64,000 bases of DNA from an uncultured Thiothrix sp. (GCA_902559815.1 CACEJE010000005.1:2170-66169); one strand, 5' to 3'. Shown: positions 21,161 through 31,834, counted from the first letter of the stretch. The notes: generated by a model from the letters alone, not told the origin. Numbers and translations: made by a program.

Positions 21161-22042
21161 ATGAAAATTTTAAAAATTTTTACACTATTGGTTTTTTTTG
21201 TTTCATCAAATAGCTTTTCTAATAGTTATTATAATAATTTCTATTCGGATTTTAATAATTCTTCCAAAACTTTTACTGATAAATCCGATATGCATGAGAA
21301 AAATTTTAATGACAAAGATGAAGTAAACTTAACTTGGGTTAATGCGCTTATTAGAATACCTCTAAAAAATGGAAATATTTACAGGGGTACTATTAAAGAG
21401 TTAAACAATAACGAGGATTTTTTAAATAAGAAATACAAAACAATTATTTATCTTCATGGTTGTTCTGGACACTGGGCTGGAACCGCTAAAAGGATAGATT
21501 TCTTTGCTAAAAATGGATATGCAGTAATAGCCCCACCTAGCTTAGCTAGAAAAAAATACGCTCAGTCTTGTGATACCGTAAACAAAAGAGGCGGTATGTA
21601 TCGAAGTGTTTTAAAAATTAGATTAATAGATGCTGAGAATGCTGTATTCAATGCAAAAAAACTAAAATGGGTAGATAATAAAAATATTGTTTTAGCCGGT
21701 CATAGCGAGGGAGGTATAACCACAGCTAAATACAACCCAAAAAGTATAAAATCAAATGTTACAGGAAAAATCATAGAAGGTTGGACTTGTAATGCAGGAT
21801 GGGATGAATACAGAGGTCTTAAAACATCTAATAATGAACCAGTGTTATCATTAGTAGCAAAATACGACCCTTGGTTTCAGCTTGATGTTTTGAAGGGTAG
21901 TTGTGGAGAATTTATGAATAATAATAAGTTTAACAAATCAGTTGTTCTAGAAGACGAGCCTTTATCAAAAAAACACGGTTTAATGCACGATGTAAATATT
22001 CAGCAAATTACTCTAGATTTCCTAAAAAAAATTACAAATTAA
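21161..22042 (+). CDS. Secreted alpha/beta hydrolase (dienelactone hydrolase-like)
   Basis: Has a signal peptide, HGCSGHW and GHSEGG. Confidence 0.5.
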   Translation: MKILKIFTLLVFFVSSNSFSNSYYNNFYSDFNNSSKTFTDKSDMHEKNFNDKDEVNLTWVNALIRIPLKNGNIYRGTIKELNNNEDFLNKKYKTIIYLHGCSGHWAGTAKRIDFFAKNGYAVIAPPSLARKKYAQSCDTVNKRGGMYRSVLKIRLIDAENAVFNAKKLKWVDNKNIVLAGHSEGGITTAKYNPKSIKSNVTGKIIEGWTCNAGWDEYRGLKTSNNEPVLSLVAKYDPWFQLDVLKGSCGEFMNNNKFNKSVVLEDEPLSKKHGLMHDVNIQQITLDFLKKITN

Positions 22043-22064
22043 TAATAAAATATTTATTAAACAT

Positions 22065-22274
22065 TTATTTACATTCAATACTTCTATTAATTTCTAAACT
22101 TAATTTTTCGCAATTTTGATCATCATATTTAGTATCATCTACAAGAATTACTTTTAAATTAAGTTGTGAAATACCAGGATTTTTTGCAATATGCCCAACA
22201 ATTGCTTCATCAGCCATAACCCCAAAAGTCTTCAAAAGTGCGCGTATGTCTTTTTTATATATTTCGTCTGTCAT
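22065..22274 (-). CDS. Hypothetical small protein
   Basis: 69-aa ORF. Confidence 0.3.
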   Translation of the reverse strand: MTDEIYKKDIRALLKTFGVMADEAIVGHIAKNPGISQLNLKVILVDDTKYDDQNCEKLSLEINRSIECK

Positions 22275-22319
22275 AATTTTTCTCCTTATTCACAAAATTT
22301 TAACATGATATCCTAAGAT

Positions 22320-22544
22320 ATGGACAAGGATTTATTAAACTCTATTTTGGAAGCACTATTTTGGCTGGCTACAGCTTGGCTTACAGTATTTTTATTTTTA
22401 ACAATTTTTGCTTTATCAAATATTGCTGGCCAAATGGATGAACATAAGCTTTTTCAAATTGGTAAATTAATGATATTAGGTTTATCCGTGTATATATTTT
22501 TTTGGCTCTTAAGAGGAGTAGTCTCAAAAAAATGGTGGTATTAA
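22320..22544 (+). CDS. Hypothetical small membrane protein
   Basis: 74 aa with two TM helices. Confidence 0.3.
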   Translation: MDKDLLNSILEALFWLATAWLTVFLFLTIFALSNIAGQMDEHKLFQIGKLMILGLSVYIFFWLLRGVVSKKWWY

Positions 22545-22861
22545 ATTTTTAGTCTTTTTACTTCTTTATTTTCTACCAAATGACTTTGAATTATTTCGTC
22601 AATATCTTCTTTATTTTTATAACTATACCAAACATTATCTGGATAAATAACCATCACAGGGCCCTCAGTACATCTGTCTAAGCATCCAGCCTTATTGACT
22701 CTTATCCCTCCTTTTCTTTGTATTTTCATAGAAATACATTTTTTCTTTGCATAATCAAAGATTTCAGAAGAAGATTTATCATTGCAGCATTCTTTTCCGT
22801 CGTCTCTTTGGTGAATACACAAAAAAATATGTTTTTTATAATAACTCATGGTGCTATCCAT
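22541..22861 (-). CDS. Thioredoxin-like [2Fe-2S] ferredoxin family protein
   Basis: Cys pattern with AGCLDRC (C-x3-C) plus upstream cysteines, in a 106-aa protein. Confidence 0.5.
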   Translation of the reverse strand: MDSTMSYYKKHIFLCIHQRDDGKECCNDKSSSEIFDYAKKKCISMKIQRKGGIRVNKAGCLDRCTEGPVMVIYPDNVWYSYKNKEDIDEIIQSHLVENKEVKRLKI

Positions 22862-23412
22862 TCTTTTTTATTATTAATAATGTCAATAAGTAATCTTTCA
22901 TGACCTTTATGGTTTAAATTCAACCAATCAATTATAGAAATATTAATTTTTAAAATACAGAAATTTTTAATTCCCTCATTTAAGTTAATATTATCTCTTT
23001 CTAAAATATACTCTTTTGAATCTTTCATTGGGGTGCCAGGTGAAAATTTGTTCAAATAGCAAACTTTACTCATATCTTTAGACTTACTCCAGGTATCAAA
23101 TATGATTTGTTTATCCTCTACAATACTAATTTTTCCGTATATTTTTAACTGTATTTTATTTGTTTTGTCATAAAATAAACAGCAAACATTGTTATTATCT
23201 TTAATTTGTATAATTTTATTTGATCTTTTATCAGTATGAAAAGTTATATAACTTTTATCTTTATTTATAGATCTTAAAACTACATTTCTTGAGTCAGGAA
23301 AATTATTATTTATAGTTGATAAAGAAAAAATATGAAAAGGGTGGCCGCTAATGATCAAGCTATCTTTTAGCTCACTCCATATTTTTTCTAATATATCCTG
23401 TTTTTTATCCAC
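22846..23412 (-). CDS. Pyridoxamine 5'-phosphate oxidase-like FMN-binding protein
   Basis: Split-barrel-like sequence features. Confidence 0.45.
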   Translation of the reverse strand: MDKKQDILEKIWSELKDSLIISGHPFHIFSLSTINNNFPDSRNVVLRSINKDKSYITFHTDKRSNKIIQIKDNNNVCCLFYDKTNKIQLKIYGKISIVEDKQIIFDTWSKSKDMSKVCYLNKFSPGTPMKDSKEYILERDNINLNEGIKNFCILKINISIIDWLNLNHKGHERLLIDIINNKKEWIAP

Positions 23413-23418
23413 AAGTAC

Positions 23419-24198
23419 TTATGTCCTTAAACCTTTTCCAATATTTAAAAAATATAAGCAAAATGATGCGACTATTATATTAAAACTTATAATTATTAAA
23501 AAAGAAAAAGTTACGCTAACATCAGTGATTCCCAACATTGAGTATCTTAAAGCATTTATTAAATACAATATCGGATTTATAAGAGCAAGATCCTGCCAGA
23601 TACCAGGCAACATTGATATTGAAAAAAATATACCGCCTAAGTATGTCAATGGCGTCATTATAAACGTTGGTATTACATTTATGTCATCCCAATCATTTGC
23701 AAATAAGCCATTCAAAAATCCACACATTGAAAATAAAGTTGAAGATAAAGTGATAACAGTTAGCATTAATAATATATTATAAACTGTAAAATTAACAAAA
23801 AATTGAGCAGCAAGTATAACAACTATACCTACAGATAGTCCTCGAATTACGCCACCAGTAATGAATCCTGCTAATATAGTGTAATTCTGAATAGGTGAAA
23901 CTAATAATTCTTCAATATATCGATGGTATTTTGATATATAAAGAGATGATACCGTGTTGGTATAGGAATGAGTAATGACAGACATTAATAATAACCCTGG
24001 AAATATGAAATCCGTATAACTAAATTTTTCTATTTCTCCAATTCTTTCACCAATTAAATTTCCAAAAATAATAAAATACAAAATATTTGTAATAACTGGC
24101 GGTATTAATGTTTGCTTCCATATTCTAGAAAACCTAAGGACTTCTTTTCTGACAATAGTTTTGTACGCTATTAATTGTAAATTAAGATTATTTTCCAT
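23419..24198 (-). CDS. ABC-2 type transporter permease
   Basis: Six TM helices, paired with the adjacent ATPase. Confidence 0.7.
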   Translation of the reverse strand: MENNLNLQLIAYKTIVRKEVLRFSRIWKQTLIPPVITNILYFIIFGNLIGERIGEIEKFSYTDFIFPGLLLMSVITHSYTNTVSSLYISKYHRYIEELLVSPIQNYTILAGFITGGVIRGLSVGIVVILAAQFFVNFTVYNILLMLTVITLSSTLFSMCGFLNGLFANDWDDINVIPTFIMTPLTYLGGIFFSISMLPGIWQDLALINPILYLINALRYSMLGITDVSVTFSFLIIISFNIIVASFCLYFLNIGKGLRT

Positions 24199-25111
24199 TT
24201 TTATCTAAAAGCCTCATAAATAGTTCTTCTAAACGTCCAGTTTTATTTTTCAATGATTTTACTTTAATATCTTTTTTGGATAATTCTTCAATTAAAGAAT
24301 TAATATTTGAATTTACATCAATTGAAACTTCTAGAGTATTATTATCTATAATATGCAGGGAGTGGCAATTAAGATTTAAATCTTCAGGAATTTCATTTTC
24401 TGTATAAAGTATAAATTTTTCATTTTTTAGTTTATTTAAAAAAATCTTCATACTAGAATTTTCTAAAATTTTACCATCATCAATTATAGCTATATTTTTA
24501 CATAAATTTTCAGCTTCTTCTAAATAATGAGTTGTTAAAATTATAGTAGTACCATCATTATTTAGCTGTTTTAGATACTCCCACATCAATCTTCTGACTT
24601 CTACATCTGCTCCAGCAGTAGGCTCATCAAGTATTAATAACTTAGGTCTATGTACTAATGCTCTTGCTACCATTAATCTTCTTTGCATACCTCCTGATAA
24701 TTTTCTAGAAAACTGATCTTTTTTTTCCCATAACCCAAGTTTTTTTAATAAGCGTTCTGCTTCAATAATTGCAGGTTCTCTTCTTACGCCATAATAACCA
24801 GCCTGATTGATTATAATTTCTTTAATGGGTTCAAATGTATTGAAATTTATCTCTTGCGGTACTAAACCAATAAAAGTTTTAGCTTTAACAAAATTTTTAT
24901 CGATATCAATATCATAAATTTTTATATCGCCACTAGTTTTTTTTATTAACGATGTTATTATCCCGATTGTAGTTGATTTGCCAGCTCCATTTGGTCCTAA
25001 AAGCGCAAAAAAATCCCCGTGCGGAATTTCAAGATTTATTCCATGAAGCGCTTTAAAACCATTTGAATAGGTTTTGGTTAAATTCTTAATGGTTAATGCA
25101 GATGAATTCAT
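24188..25111 (-). CDS. ABC transporter ATP-binding protein
   Basis: Walker A GPNGAGKST, an LSGGMQRR signature and Walker B LILDEPT. Confidence 0.85.
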   Translation of the reverse strand: MNSSALTIKNLTKTYSNGFKALHGINLEIPHGDFFALLGPNGAGKSTTIGIITSLIKKTSGDIKIYDIDIDKNFVKAKTFIGLVPQEINFNTFEPIKEIIINQAGYYGVRREPAIIEAERLLKKLGLWEKKDQFSRKLSGGMQRRLMVARALVHRPKLLILDEPTAGADVEVRRLMWEYLKQLNNDGTTIILTTHYLEEAENLCKNIAIIDDGKILENSSMKIFLNKLKNEKFILYTENEIPEDLNLNCHSLHIIDNNTLEVSIDVNSNINSLIEELSKKDIKVKSLKNKTGRLEELFMRLLDKNGK

Positions 25112-25171
25112 TGTTATATGTTTCTTCTAAAAGGGGTTATATAATAAACTACAATAAACATAAAAACTATT

Positions 25172-26179
25172 ATGAAAAACGATTCGTACAAATTATGTGT
25201 AGCGCCTATGATGGGTCATACAGACCTGCATTTCAGATATTTGCTTAGATTAATTTCAAAGAAAACTATGTTATATACAGAAATGGTCGCATCAAATTCA
25301 ATTTTACATAACAAATCTAAAAAACTAAACAAACTAGAACATATGAATGATAATCCAGTAGGGTTTCAATTAGGTGGTGATAATCCAGAAGATTTGGCTA
25401 AATGCGCAAAAATAATAGAGGATTATAATTATGACGAGGTTAATTTAAATATTGGTTGTCCTAGTAAAAGAGCACAATCTGGTAATTTCGGCGCATGTTT
25501 ATTTTCTCAACCAGAACTTGTTGCAAAATGCGCTGAAGCAATCAAAAATATATCAGATTTACCTGTAACAGTTAAAACTAGGCTTGGTATAGACAATTAT
25601 GATGATATTAATTATTTATCAGACTTTATTAATACTGTTTCTAAAAAGGGTGTCACAACTTTTCATTTGCACGCAAGAAAGGCTATATTAAAAAAAGGTG
25701 TAAATCCTAGAAAAAATAGGAGTGTTCTTCCAATTAATTATAGAAGGGTATATGAAATTAAAAAACAGTTCCCAAATCTAAAAATTATTATAAATGGTGA
25801 AATTCAAAACCCAATTGATGTAATAAATCACTTAAAATATGTTGATGGAGTTATGATAGGTAGGGCTGTTTGCAATAATCCCTTCTTATTAAATGAAATC
25901 GATGTGTTATTAGAAAACGAAAAATTTATAGATAAGGATATAATATTAAAAGAATACTTTGAATATATAATAAAAAACTTTAATAATAATGTAAAAATTA
26001 CTGATTTTACTAAACATTTATCAAGTATTTTTAAAGGCTATATTGGCTCAAAACATACAAGGGCATATATGTGTCACGAATTAAATTATGAAAAAAAACC
26101 AATTAAAAAACTAGAAGAATTACTATTTAAGGAGGACTTATGGAGAAATGGGCAAGATTCGCGATCAGCGGTGATATAA
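25172..26179 (+). CDS. dusA: tRNA-dihydrouridine synthase A
   Basis: Carries CVAPMMGHTDLHFR and TIM-barrel Dus motifs. Confidence 0.85.
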   Translation: MKNDSYKLCVAPMMGHTDLHFRYLLRLISKKTMLYTEMVASNSILHNKSKKLNKLEHMNDNPVGFQLGGDNPEDLAKCAKIIEDYNYDEVNLNIGCPSKRAQSGNFGACLFSQPELVAKCAEAIKNISDLPVTVKTRLGIDNYDDINYLSDFINTVSKKGVTTFHLHARKAILKKGVNPRKNRSVLPINYRRVYEIKKQFPNLKIIINGEIQNPIDVINHLKYVDGVMIGRAVCNNPFLLNEIDVLLENEKFIDKDIILKEYFEYIIKNFNNNVKITDFTKHLSSIFKGYIGSKHTRAYMCHELNYEKKPIKKLEELLFKEDLWRNGQDSRSAVI

Positions 26180-26919
26180 AATTTGGAAAAATTTCTAATA
26201 ATGGCGAAGATATAATAATTTATGAGGGAGACCTATTTAACAATCCTTTAAAAACAAATGATTCGGTGTCAATTGACTCCGTATCATTACTATCTCCTTG
26301 TTCTCCATCAAAAATGATTGCCTTATGGAATAACTATAAAGCATTAGCTGATGAAAAATCTCTCAGCTATCCAGAAACACCACTTTATATCTTTAAATCC
26401 CCAACTTCATTTGCAGGCCCAAATGACCATATTGATCACCCAAAAAATTATGATGGCGACGTATTTTTTGAGGGCGAATTAGGCATTGTTATTGGTAAAA
26501 CTATCAAAGATCTCGATAATATTAATGACTCTAGAAATGCTATATTTGGATTTACTTGTATCAATGATGTTACTGCTTTTGGATTATTAAAAAATGATCC
26601 AAATTTCGATCAATGGACAAGATGCAAGGGGTTCGATAATTTTGGCGTTTTCGGGCCGTATATAGCTACAGGCATAGATGAAAAAAAATTGTTTGTAAAA
26701 ACAATTATTGATGATAATGAAGAGAAACAAAATTATCCTGTAAGCGATATGATGTTTTCAGCTGAAGAAATTGTTATGTACTTGTCCCAGAACATGACTT
26801 TATATGCTGGTGATATTATTTGTGTTGGAACGTCTCAAGGCCTAGGGCCAATGAAGAAGGGATGTAAAGTATCTGTTCATATTGATCCTATAGGCGTTCT
26901 TGATAATACTTATGGTTAA
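26140..26919 (+). CDS. Fumarylacetoacetate hydrolase family protein
   Basis: FAH fold motifs. A strong AAGGAGG SD precedes the ATG at 26140, and the gene overlaps the dusA 3' end. Confidence 0.75.
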   Translation: MEKWARFAISGDIKFGKISNNGEDIIIYEGDLFNNPLKTNDSVSIDSVSLLSPCSPSKMIALWNNYKALADEKSLSYPETPLYIFKSPTSFAGPNDHIDHPKNYDGDVFFEGELGIVIGKTIKDLDNINDSRNAIFGFTCINDVTAFGLLKNDPNFDQWTRCKGFDNFGVFGPYIATGIDEKKLFVKTIIDDNEEKQNYPVSDMMFSAEEIVMYLSQNMTLYAGDIICVGTSQGLGPMKKGCKVSVHIDPIGVLDNTYG

Positions 26920-26969
26920 TATATATAATTTAACATAATAATGATTATGCGAAGTCTTAAGGATAAGCA

Positions 26970-28226
26970 ATGAAAAGGATAGCTATAATAGGATCAGGAA
27001 TATCCGGCTTATATGCCTCCTATCTTCTCTATAAAGACTACAACATAACTATTTATGAAAAAGAACAATATCTAGGTGGTCATACTAGAACATTATCAAT
27101 AGACTACGAGAAAGGTATTAAATTTAACGTTGATACAGGATTTATAGTATTTAACAAACAGAACTACCCTAACTTCTCAAAATTGCTTAATGAGTTAAAT
27201 GTAGACTGTGGAAAAAGCGATATGTCCTTTGCTATAACCAGTAACAGACACGAAGATCCAGAAATCAAATATTCAAATATTAGTAGTTTTTTTGTTAATA
27301 AAAAAAATATTTTGAGCTATAAACACTATAACTTGCTATATAATATAAATAAATTCAACTATTTATCTTATAAATCTATAAATAATATTAATAAAAATAT
27401 AAGAAATATAACTTTAGGCAAATTTTTAAAGGACAATAATTTTAATAATTTCTTTATAGAGAATTATATAGTGCCAATGGGTAGCTCAATCTGGAGTTGC
27501 AAACCTTCTCAAATACTCCAGTTTCCCTTCTTATCATATGCAAGATTTATGAATAATCACGGCCTTTTAAGTATTAACAATCAACCTCAATGGCTTTATA
27601 TTAAAAATGGCAGTAAAACCTATGTAAGAAGACTTGTAGAGCATATCGATGCTAATATTAGGTTGAATTCTGAGGTAAAAGAGGTGGTTAAGACCAATAA
27701 TGGTATAAAAATAATAACAGTAGATAGTGCTGATGAATATGACTACGTATTTTTTTGCAATCATCCTAATGAAGTGACAAATATAGGTAAAAACCTATCA
27801 AACCACCAAGCCGATGTCTTAAAAGACATAAAATACTCAAAAAACGAGGTTGTTTTACATAAAGATAGCTCAATAATGCCAAGAAATTACAAATGTTGGG
27901 CAAGTTGGGTATATAAAAAAACAAAAAATAACCAACCAATTTTATCATATTGGATGAATTCACTCCAAGATATAGATACAAAGTACCCTATTTTTGTCTC
28001 ATTAAATCCAGGAGATCAAATTAAAGAAGAAAAAGTTTTTAATAGGCACGTCTTAGAACACCCTATTTTTGATATAACTGCAAGAAATGCTCAAAATTTA
28101 ATACCACTAATTCAAGGAGAAAATAAATCTTTTTTTTGTGGGGCATATAACAAGTATGGATTCCACGAAGATGGAGTGGTATCTTCAATTAAAGCAGTTG
28201 AAAAATTAAAAAGTATTGATTTATAA
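26970..28226 (+). CDS. FAD-dependent oxidoreductase (amine oxidase family; UfaD-like)
   Basis: N-terminal GSGISGL dinucleotide-binding motif. It is first gene of a four-gene operon. Confidence 0.7.
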   Translation: MKRIAIIGSGISGLYASYLLYKDYNITIYEKEQYLGGHTRTLSIDYEKGIKFNVDTGFIVFNKQNYPNFSKLLNELNVDCGKSDMSFAITSNRHEDPEIKYSNISSFFVNKKNILSYKHYNLLYNINKFNYLSYKSINNINKNIRNITLGKFLKDNNFNNFFIENYIVPMGSSIWSCKPSQILQFPFLSYARFMNNHGLLSINNQPQWLYIKNGSKTYVRRLVEHIDANIRLNSEVKEVVKTNNGIKIITVDSADEYDYVFFCNHPNEVTNIGKNLSNHQADVLKDIKYSKNEVVLHKDSSIMPRNYKCWASWVYKKTKNNQPILSYWMNSLQDIDTKYPIFVSLNPGDQIKEEKVFNRHVLEHPIFDITARNAQNLIPLIQGENKSFFCGAYNKYGFHEDGVVSSIKAVEKLKSIDL

Positions 28227-28229
28227 TAA

Positions 28230-28958
28230 ATGAAATTTGTAAAAGCCATAGTATTTCATAAAAGAAATTGGCCAAAAGCCAACGAATTTTTATATAAATG
28301 TAATTATATCAGCATAAACTTTCCAATTAAAAATAAAAAAACAAATTTTTTTAGCTTAAATAAGTTTAATATTTTGTCTGTATATGAGCAAGATTATGCT
28401 AATGGGAATAACGATTTATTCATGTGGTGCAGCGATCTATTAAAAAATAGATATAATACAAAAATAGACAAATTAGAGTTAATAACCATGCCCAAGATCT
28501 TAGGATATGCTTTTAACCCAGTATCATTTATGTTTTGCTACTCAAAAGAAAAAATTGTTTGCACAATACTAAAGGTGAATAATACGTTTTCGGAAAATCA
28601 TTATTATATAAATCATACTTCAGAATCTGTACAAAACTATAACATTGAAAAACTTTTTCATGTTTCCCCTTTTCTACCTAGAGAAGGAAATTATAAAATA
28701 AAATATAATAATAGTAAGAATAGTATCAATTTTAATATAGATTACTATAATGATGATAATAAAAACATATTAGAAACCTATATAAAGGGAAATAAAACAA
28801 TAATTAAAAATAATTTTACCGTTTTAAAATATGCATTTACTTCGTTATATTTAATAACCAGAGTTATATATTTAATTCACTTACAGGCTGTAAAGTTATT
28901 CTTTAAAAAAATAAAATTTTATAAAAAACCTGAGCAAAATATTAATAAAATAACTTAA
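28230..28958 (+). CDS. DUF1365 family protein (UfaO-like)
   Basis: Size and position match DUF1365 in amine-oxidase/CFA-synthase clusters. The DUF1365 assignment is recalled from memory. Confidence 0.55.
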   Translation: MKFVKAIVFHKRNWPKANEFLYKCNYISINFPIKNKKTNFFSLNKFNILSVYEQDYANGNNDLFMWCSDLLKNRYNTKIDKLELITMPKILGYAFNPVSFMFCYSKEKIVCTILKVNNTFSENHYYINHTSESVQNYNIEKLFHVSPFLPREGNYKIKYNNSKNSINFNIDYYNDDNKNILETYIKGNKTIIKNNFTVLKYAFTSLYLITRVIYLIHLQAVKLFFKKIKFYKKPEQNINKIT

Positions 28959-28959
28959 T

Positions 28960-30129
28960 ATGAAATATTTAGAACAATTAAAAATAAACTTATTTATATC
29001 TACTTTAAGAAAATGTGATAAAGGTTCAATTAAAATAATTGATCCTGATAATAAAGTATTCGAAATAAATAAAACGTCTGAGATAATAGCCGACATAAAA
29101 ATAAATGATTGGTCTATAGTAAGCAATATGATTAAAAACGGAGATGTTGGTTTTGCGTCAGATTACAGAGATGGAAAATGGACTTCTTCAAATCTAAAAA
29201 ATCTTTTTACCTTTGCAATAATAAATGACAAAACATTATCAAAACTTCTATTTGGAAAACTTATTACAAGATTTTTTTCAAATATTAAGTATATTTATAA
29301 TAAAAATACTATTAAAGGTAGCAAAAAAAATATTGAAGCTCATTATGATTTAGGAAATAGCTTTTATAAAATATGGCTTGATGAATCATTAACATATTCT
29401 TCAGCTCTATTTTTGAAAGACAACAATACTCTTTATGATGCGCAGATTAATAAGTACAACCGTATCCGAGACATTTTAAAAACTTCAAATACTAATAATT
29501 TACTTGAGATTGGTACTGGCTGGGGTGGATTTTTAATGCAATCAAGAGATGATTTTAATCAATTGGATAGTATTACAATATCAAAAAGACAATACAAATA
29601 TGCTAGTGATTTACATAAAAATAATTCAAATATTAATGTAATTTACGATGACTATAGAAATATTGTAAAAAAATACAACTCGATTGTATCAATAGAAATG
29701 TTTGAGGCTGTAGGACAAGAATATTGGAATACATATTTTCAAAAAATTTATAATTTATTATCAAAAAACGGAAAAGCTGTTATACAAACTATCACTATTG
29801 ACGATAAGCTTTTTGACACCTATAAAAATAGCACAGACGCAATAAGAACATTTATTTTTCCGGGAGGTATGCTGCCCTCACCTAGTATATTTATGAAATA
29901 TGCAAAAAAAAATAGTTTTAATGTTTTAGATTCTTTTTCCTTCGGAGAATCATACTCGAAGACTTTAGATTTATGGAATGATAGTTTTAGAAAAAATATA
30001 AAAGAAGTAGAAAAATTAAATTTTGATAAAAAATTTATTAAAATTTGGGAATATTATTTAACCTCATGTTCATCAAGTTTTATTAACGAAAGAACAAATG
30101 TTTATCAATTTACACTCCAGAAAAATTAA
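28960..30129 (+). CDS. Cyclopropane-fatty-acyl-phospholipid synthase family SAM-dependent methyltransferase
   Basis: SAM motif LEIGTGWGG, with the C-terminal region typical of the CFA/mycolic acid synthase family. Confidence 0.8.
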   Translation: MKYLEQLKINLFISTLRKCDKGSIKIIDPDNKVFEINKTSEIIADIKINDWSIVSNMIKNGDVGFASDYRDGKWTSSNLKNLFTFAIINDKTLSKLLFGKLITRFFSNIKYIYNKNTIKGSKKNIEAHYDLGNSFYKIWLDESLTYSSALFLKDNNTLYDAQINKYNRIRDILKTSNTNNLLEIGTGWGGFLMQSRDDFNQLDSITISKRQYKYASDLHKNNSNINVIYDDYRNIVKKYNSIVSIEMFEAVGQEYWNTYFQKIYNLLSKNGKAVIQTITIDDKLFDTYKNSTDAIRTFIFPGGMLPSPSIFMKYAKKNSFNVLDSFSFGESYSKTLDLWNDSFRKNIKEVEKLNFDKKFIKIWEYYLTSCSSSFINERTNVYQFTLQKN

Positions 30130-30131
30130 TA

Positions 30132-30872
30132 ATGAAAAAATATTGGATTATTGGATCTAGCTCAGGCATTGGAAGAGAACTAGCTAAAAAACTTGATGCT
30201 AAAGGATATGAATTAATACTATCCTCTAGAAATGAAGAAAAACTTAATGAGCTTAATAATAGTCTTATTAATAATCATGAGATAATTCCGTTAGACTTAT
30301 CGAATAAAAGCCAATGCATTAATGTTTCTAAAAATATTATTAAAAAAGAAATGGACTCATTGCATATAATCTATATGTCGGCCACATATAGTCCAGATAA
30401 TTCCTCAGACTATGAAAATGTAATAAATGTTAATATTTTAGGACTACTGCACATACTTTCTGTCGCTAAAGAATTTTTAAAAAATACAAACTCTACCAGC
30501 CAACTAATTATTTGTTCTAGTCTAGTAGCCTATAAGGGTTTGCCATATAGCCAACCCTACTCTATGACTAAAGCAGCACTTTATAATTTCGCTTCCTCAC
30601 TTCATATTGAGCTAAAAGATATTGTTGATGTTAAAGTTATTACTCCGGGATTTGTAAAAACACCATTAACAGATAAAAATACTTTCCCTATGCCGCTAAT
30701 AATTAGCGCAAGTTCTGCTGCAAGTATTATTTCAAAGGGGTTAAACTCAAATAGATTTGAGATTAGTTTTCCAATTCCGATGTATTTAATTATGAAGGGA
30801 TTACAAACACTGCCAAATTTTATAAGTAATTATATATCCTCGTTAGTAAAGAAAGGAACAGATAAAATTTAA
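30132..30872 (+). CDS. Short-chain dehydrogenase/reductase
   Basis: GSSSGIG cofactor motif and a YSMTK catalytic region. Confidence 0.8.
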   Translation: MKKYWIIGSSSGIGRELAKKLDAKGYELILSSRNEEKLNELNNSLINNHEIIPLDLSNKSQCINVSKNIIKKEMDSLHIIYMSATYSPDNSSDYENVINVNILGLLHILSVAKEFLKNTNSTSQLIICSSLVAYKGLPYSQPYSMTKAALYNFASSLHIELKDIVDVKVITPGFVKTPLTDKNTFPMPLIISASSAASIISKGLNSNRFEISFPIPMYLIMKGLQTLPNFISNYISSLVKKGTDKI

Positions 30873-31276
30873 TTTGGTTGTACAGTTTTATTTTTTGAGC
30901 TTATCCATGATAGTATTCCGCCAGACGCATTAAAAACATTTGTATAATTTGCTTGCTCATTAAGAAATTTAGAGACTATTGCGCTTCTTCTGCCACTTCT
31001 ACATATAATTATAACTGGGTCACCTTCTCTAGCAATTTTCTTCAATTCAGGAAGCCATTTTTCAGTATTAGAATTACCCTTCTTATCGAAAAATGTAAGT
31101 AAAATACTCCCCTTTATTATCCCTGTATCGCGCCATTCGGCAGATCTTCTAATATCAATTATAGGGACATTCTTATTAATTAGATTTATTATTTCTTGAT
31201 TATTCACGTCCTTAACTTCCGCATTAACTTGGAAAGCAAAGAATAATAGACAGGCTATAAGTAGTTTAATTTTCAT
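30869..31276 (-). CDS. Secreted rhodanese-domain protein
   Basis: Signal peptide plus an active-site CRSGRRS loop. Confidence 0.6.
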   Translation of the reverse strand: MKIKLLIACLLFFAFQVNAEVKDVNNQEIINLINKNVPIIDIRRSAEWRDTGIIKGSILLTFFDKKGNSNTEKWLPELKKIAREGDPVIIICRSGRRSAIVSKFLNEQANYTNVFNASGGILSWISSKNKTVQPN

Positions 31277-31283
31277 TTATTTT

Positions 31284-31541
31284 TTAAGCAAAAAAGTAAG
31301 AGGTTACGAAGTATATTGGTGCTGCAAAAAATGAGTAAATTATTGTGACCTTTAATAACAGTTTAATTAAAATATTAGTGTTAAGCATACCATATACCTG
31401 TGGAGCTCTATAAGTAATAGAGCCTATGCCCATTACTAGTGCGGCTATGAAAATAAAATACCAATCTAAATCTTCCAAGCCTGCCATGACAGCAATAACC
31501 ACCCCAAAAACTATTAATACGCTTCCTATTAATCCAAACAT
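31284..31541 (-). CDS. Small membrane protein
   Basis: 85 aa with 2-3 TM helices, overlapping the upstream gene by 1 nt. Confidence 0.3.
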   Translation of the reverse strand: MFGLIGSVLIVFGVVIAVMAGLEDLDWYFIFIAALVMGIGSITYRAPQVYGMLNTNILIKLLLKVTIIYSFFAAPIYFVTSYFFA

Positions 31542-31834
31542 TAATCATCACCCTCTTTTACAAATATACCATCAATCATTCTACCCTTACGATCTTTAAT
31601 ATCATCATAAGCAACTGATAAGCATTCTTTCATGGTTAAATTATTTCTAACCATAATATTAATCAACACTACCATCATATCACCAATATCATCTCTAATA
31701 TCTTTACCTTTGCATAAACTATCTGATAACTCGCCTGCTTCTTGCATTAATTTAAGAAATTGGTCTTTGTCTGAACTTCCTTTAATGAGATTTCTGTCTT
31801 GGTGCCATTGCCCAATCATCTTTTCATAATCCAT
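31541..31834 (-). CDS. MazG-like nucleotide pyrophosphohydrolase domain protein
   Basis: Small all-alpha MazG-type motif (EAGELSD...DIGDMMVVL). Confidence 0.5.
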   Translation of the reverse strand: MDYEKMIGQWHQDRNLIKGSSDKDQFLKLMQEAGELSDSLCKGKDIRDDIGDMMVVLINIMVRNNLTMKECLSVAYDDIKDRKGRMIDGIFVKEGDD

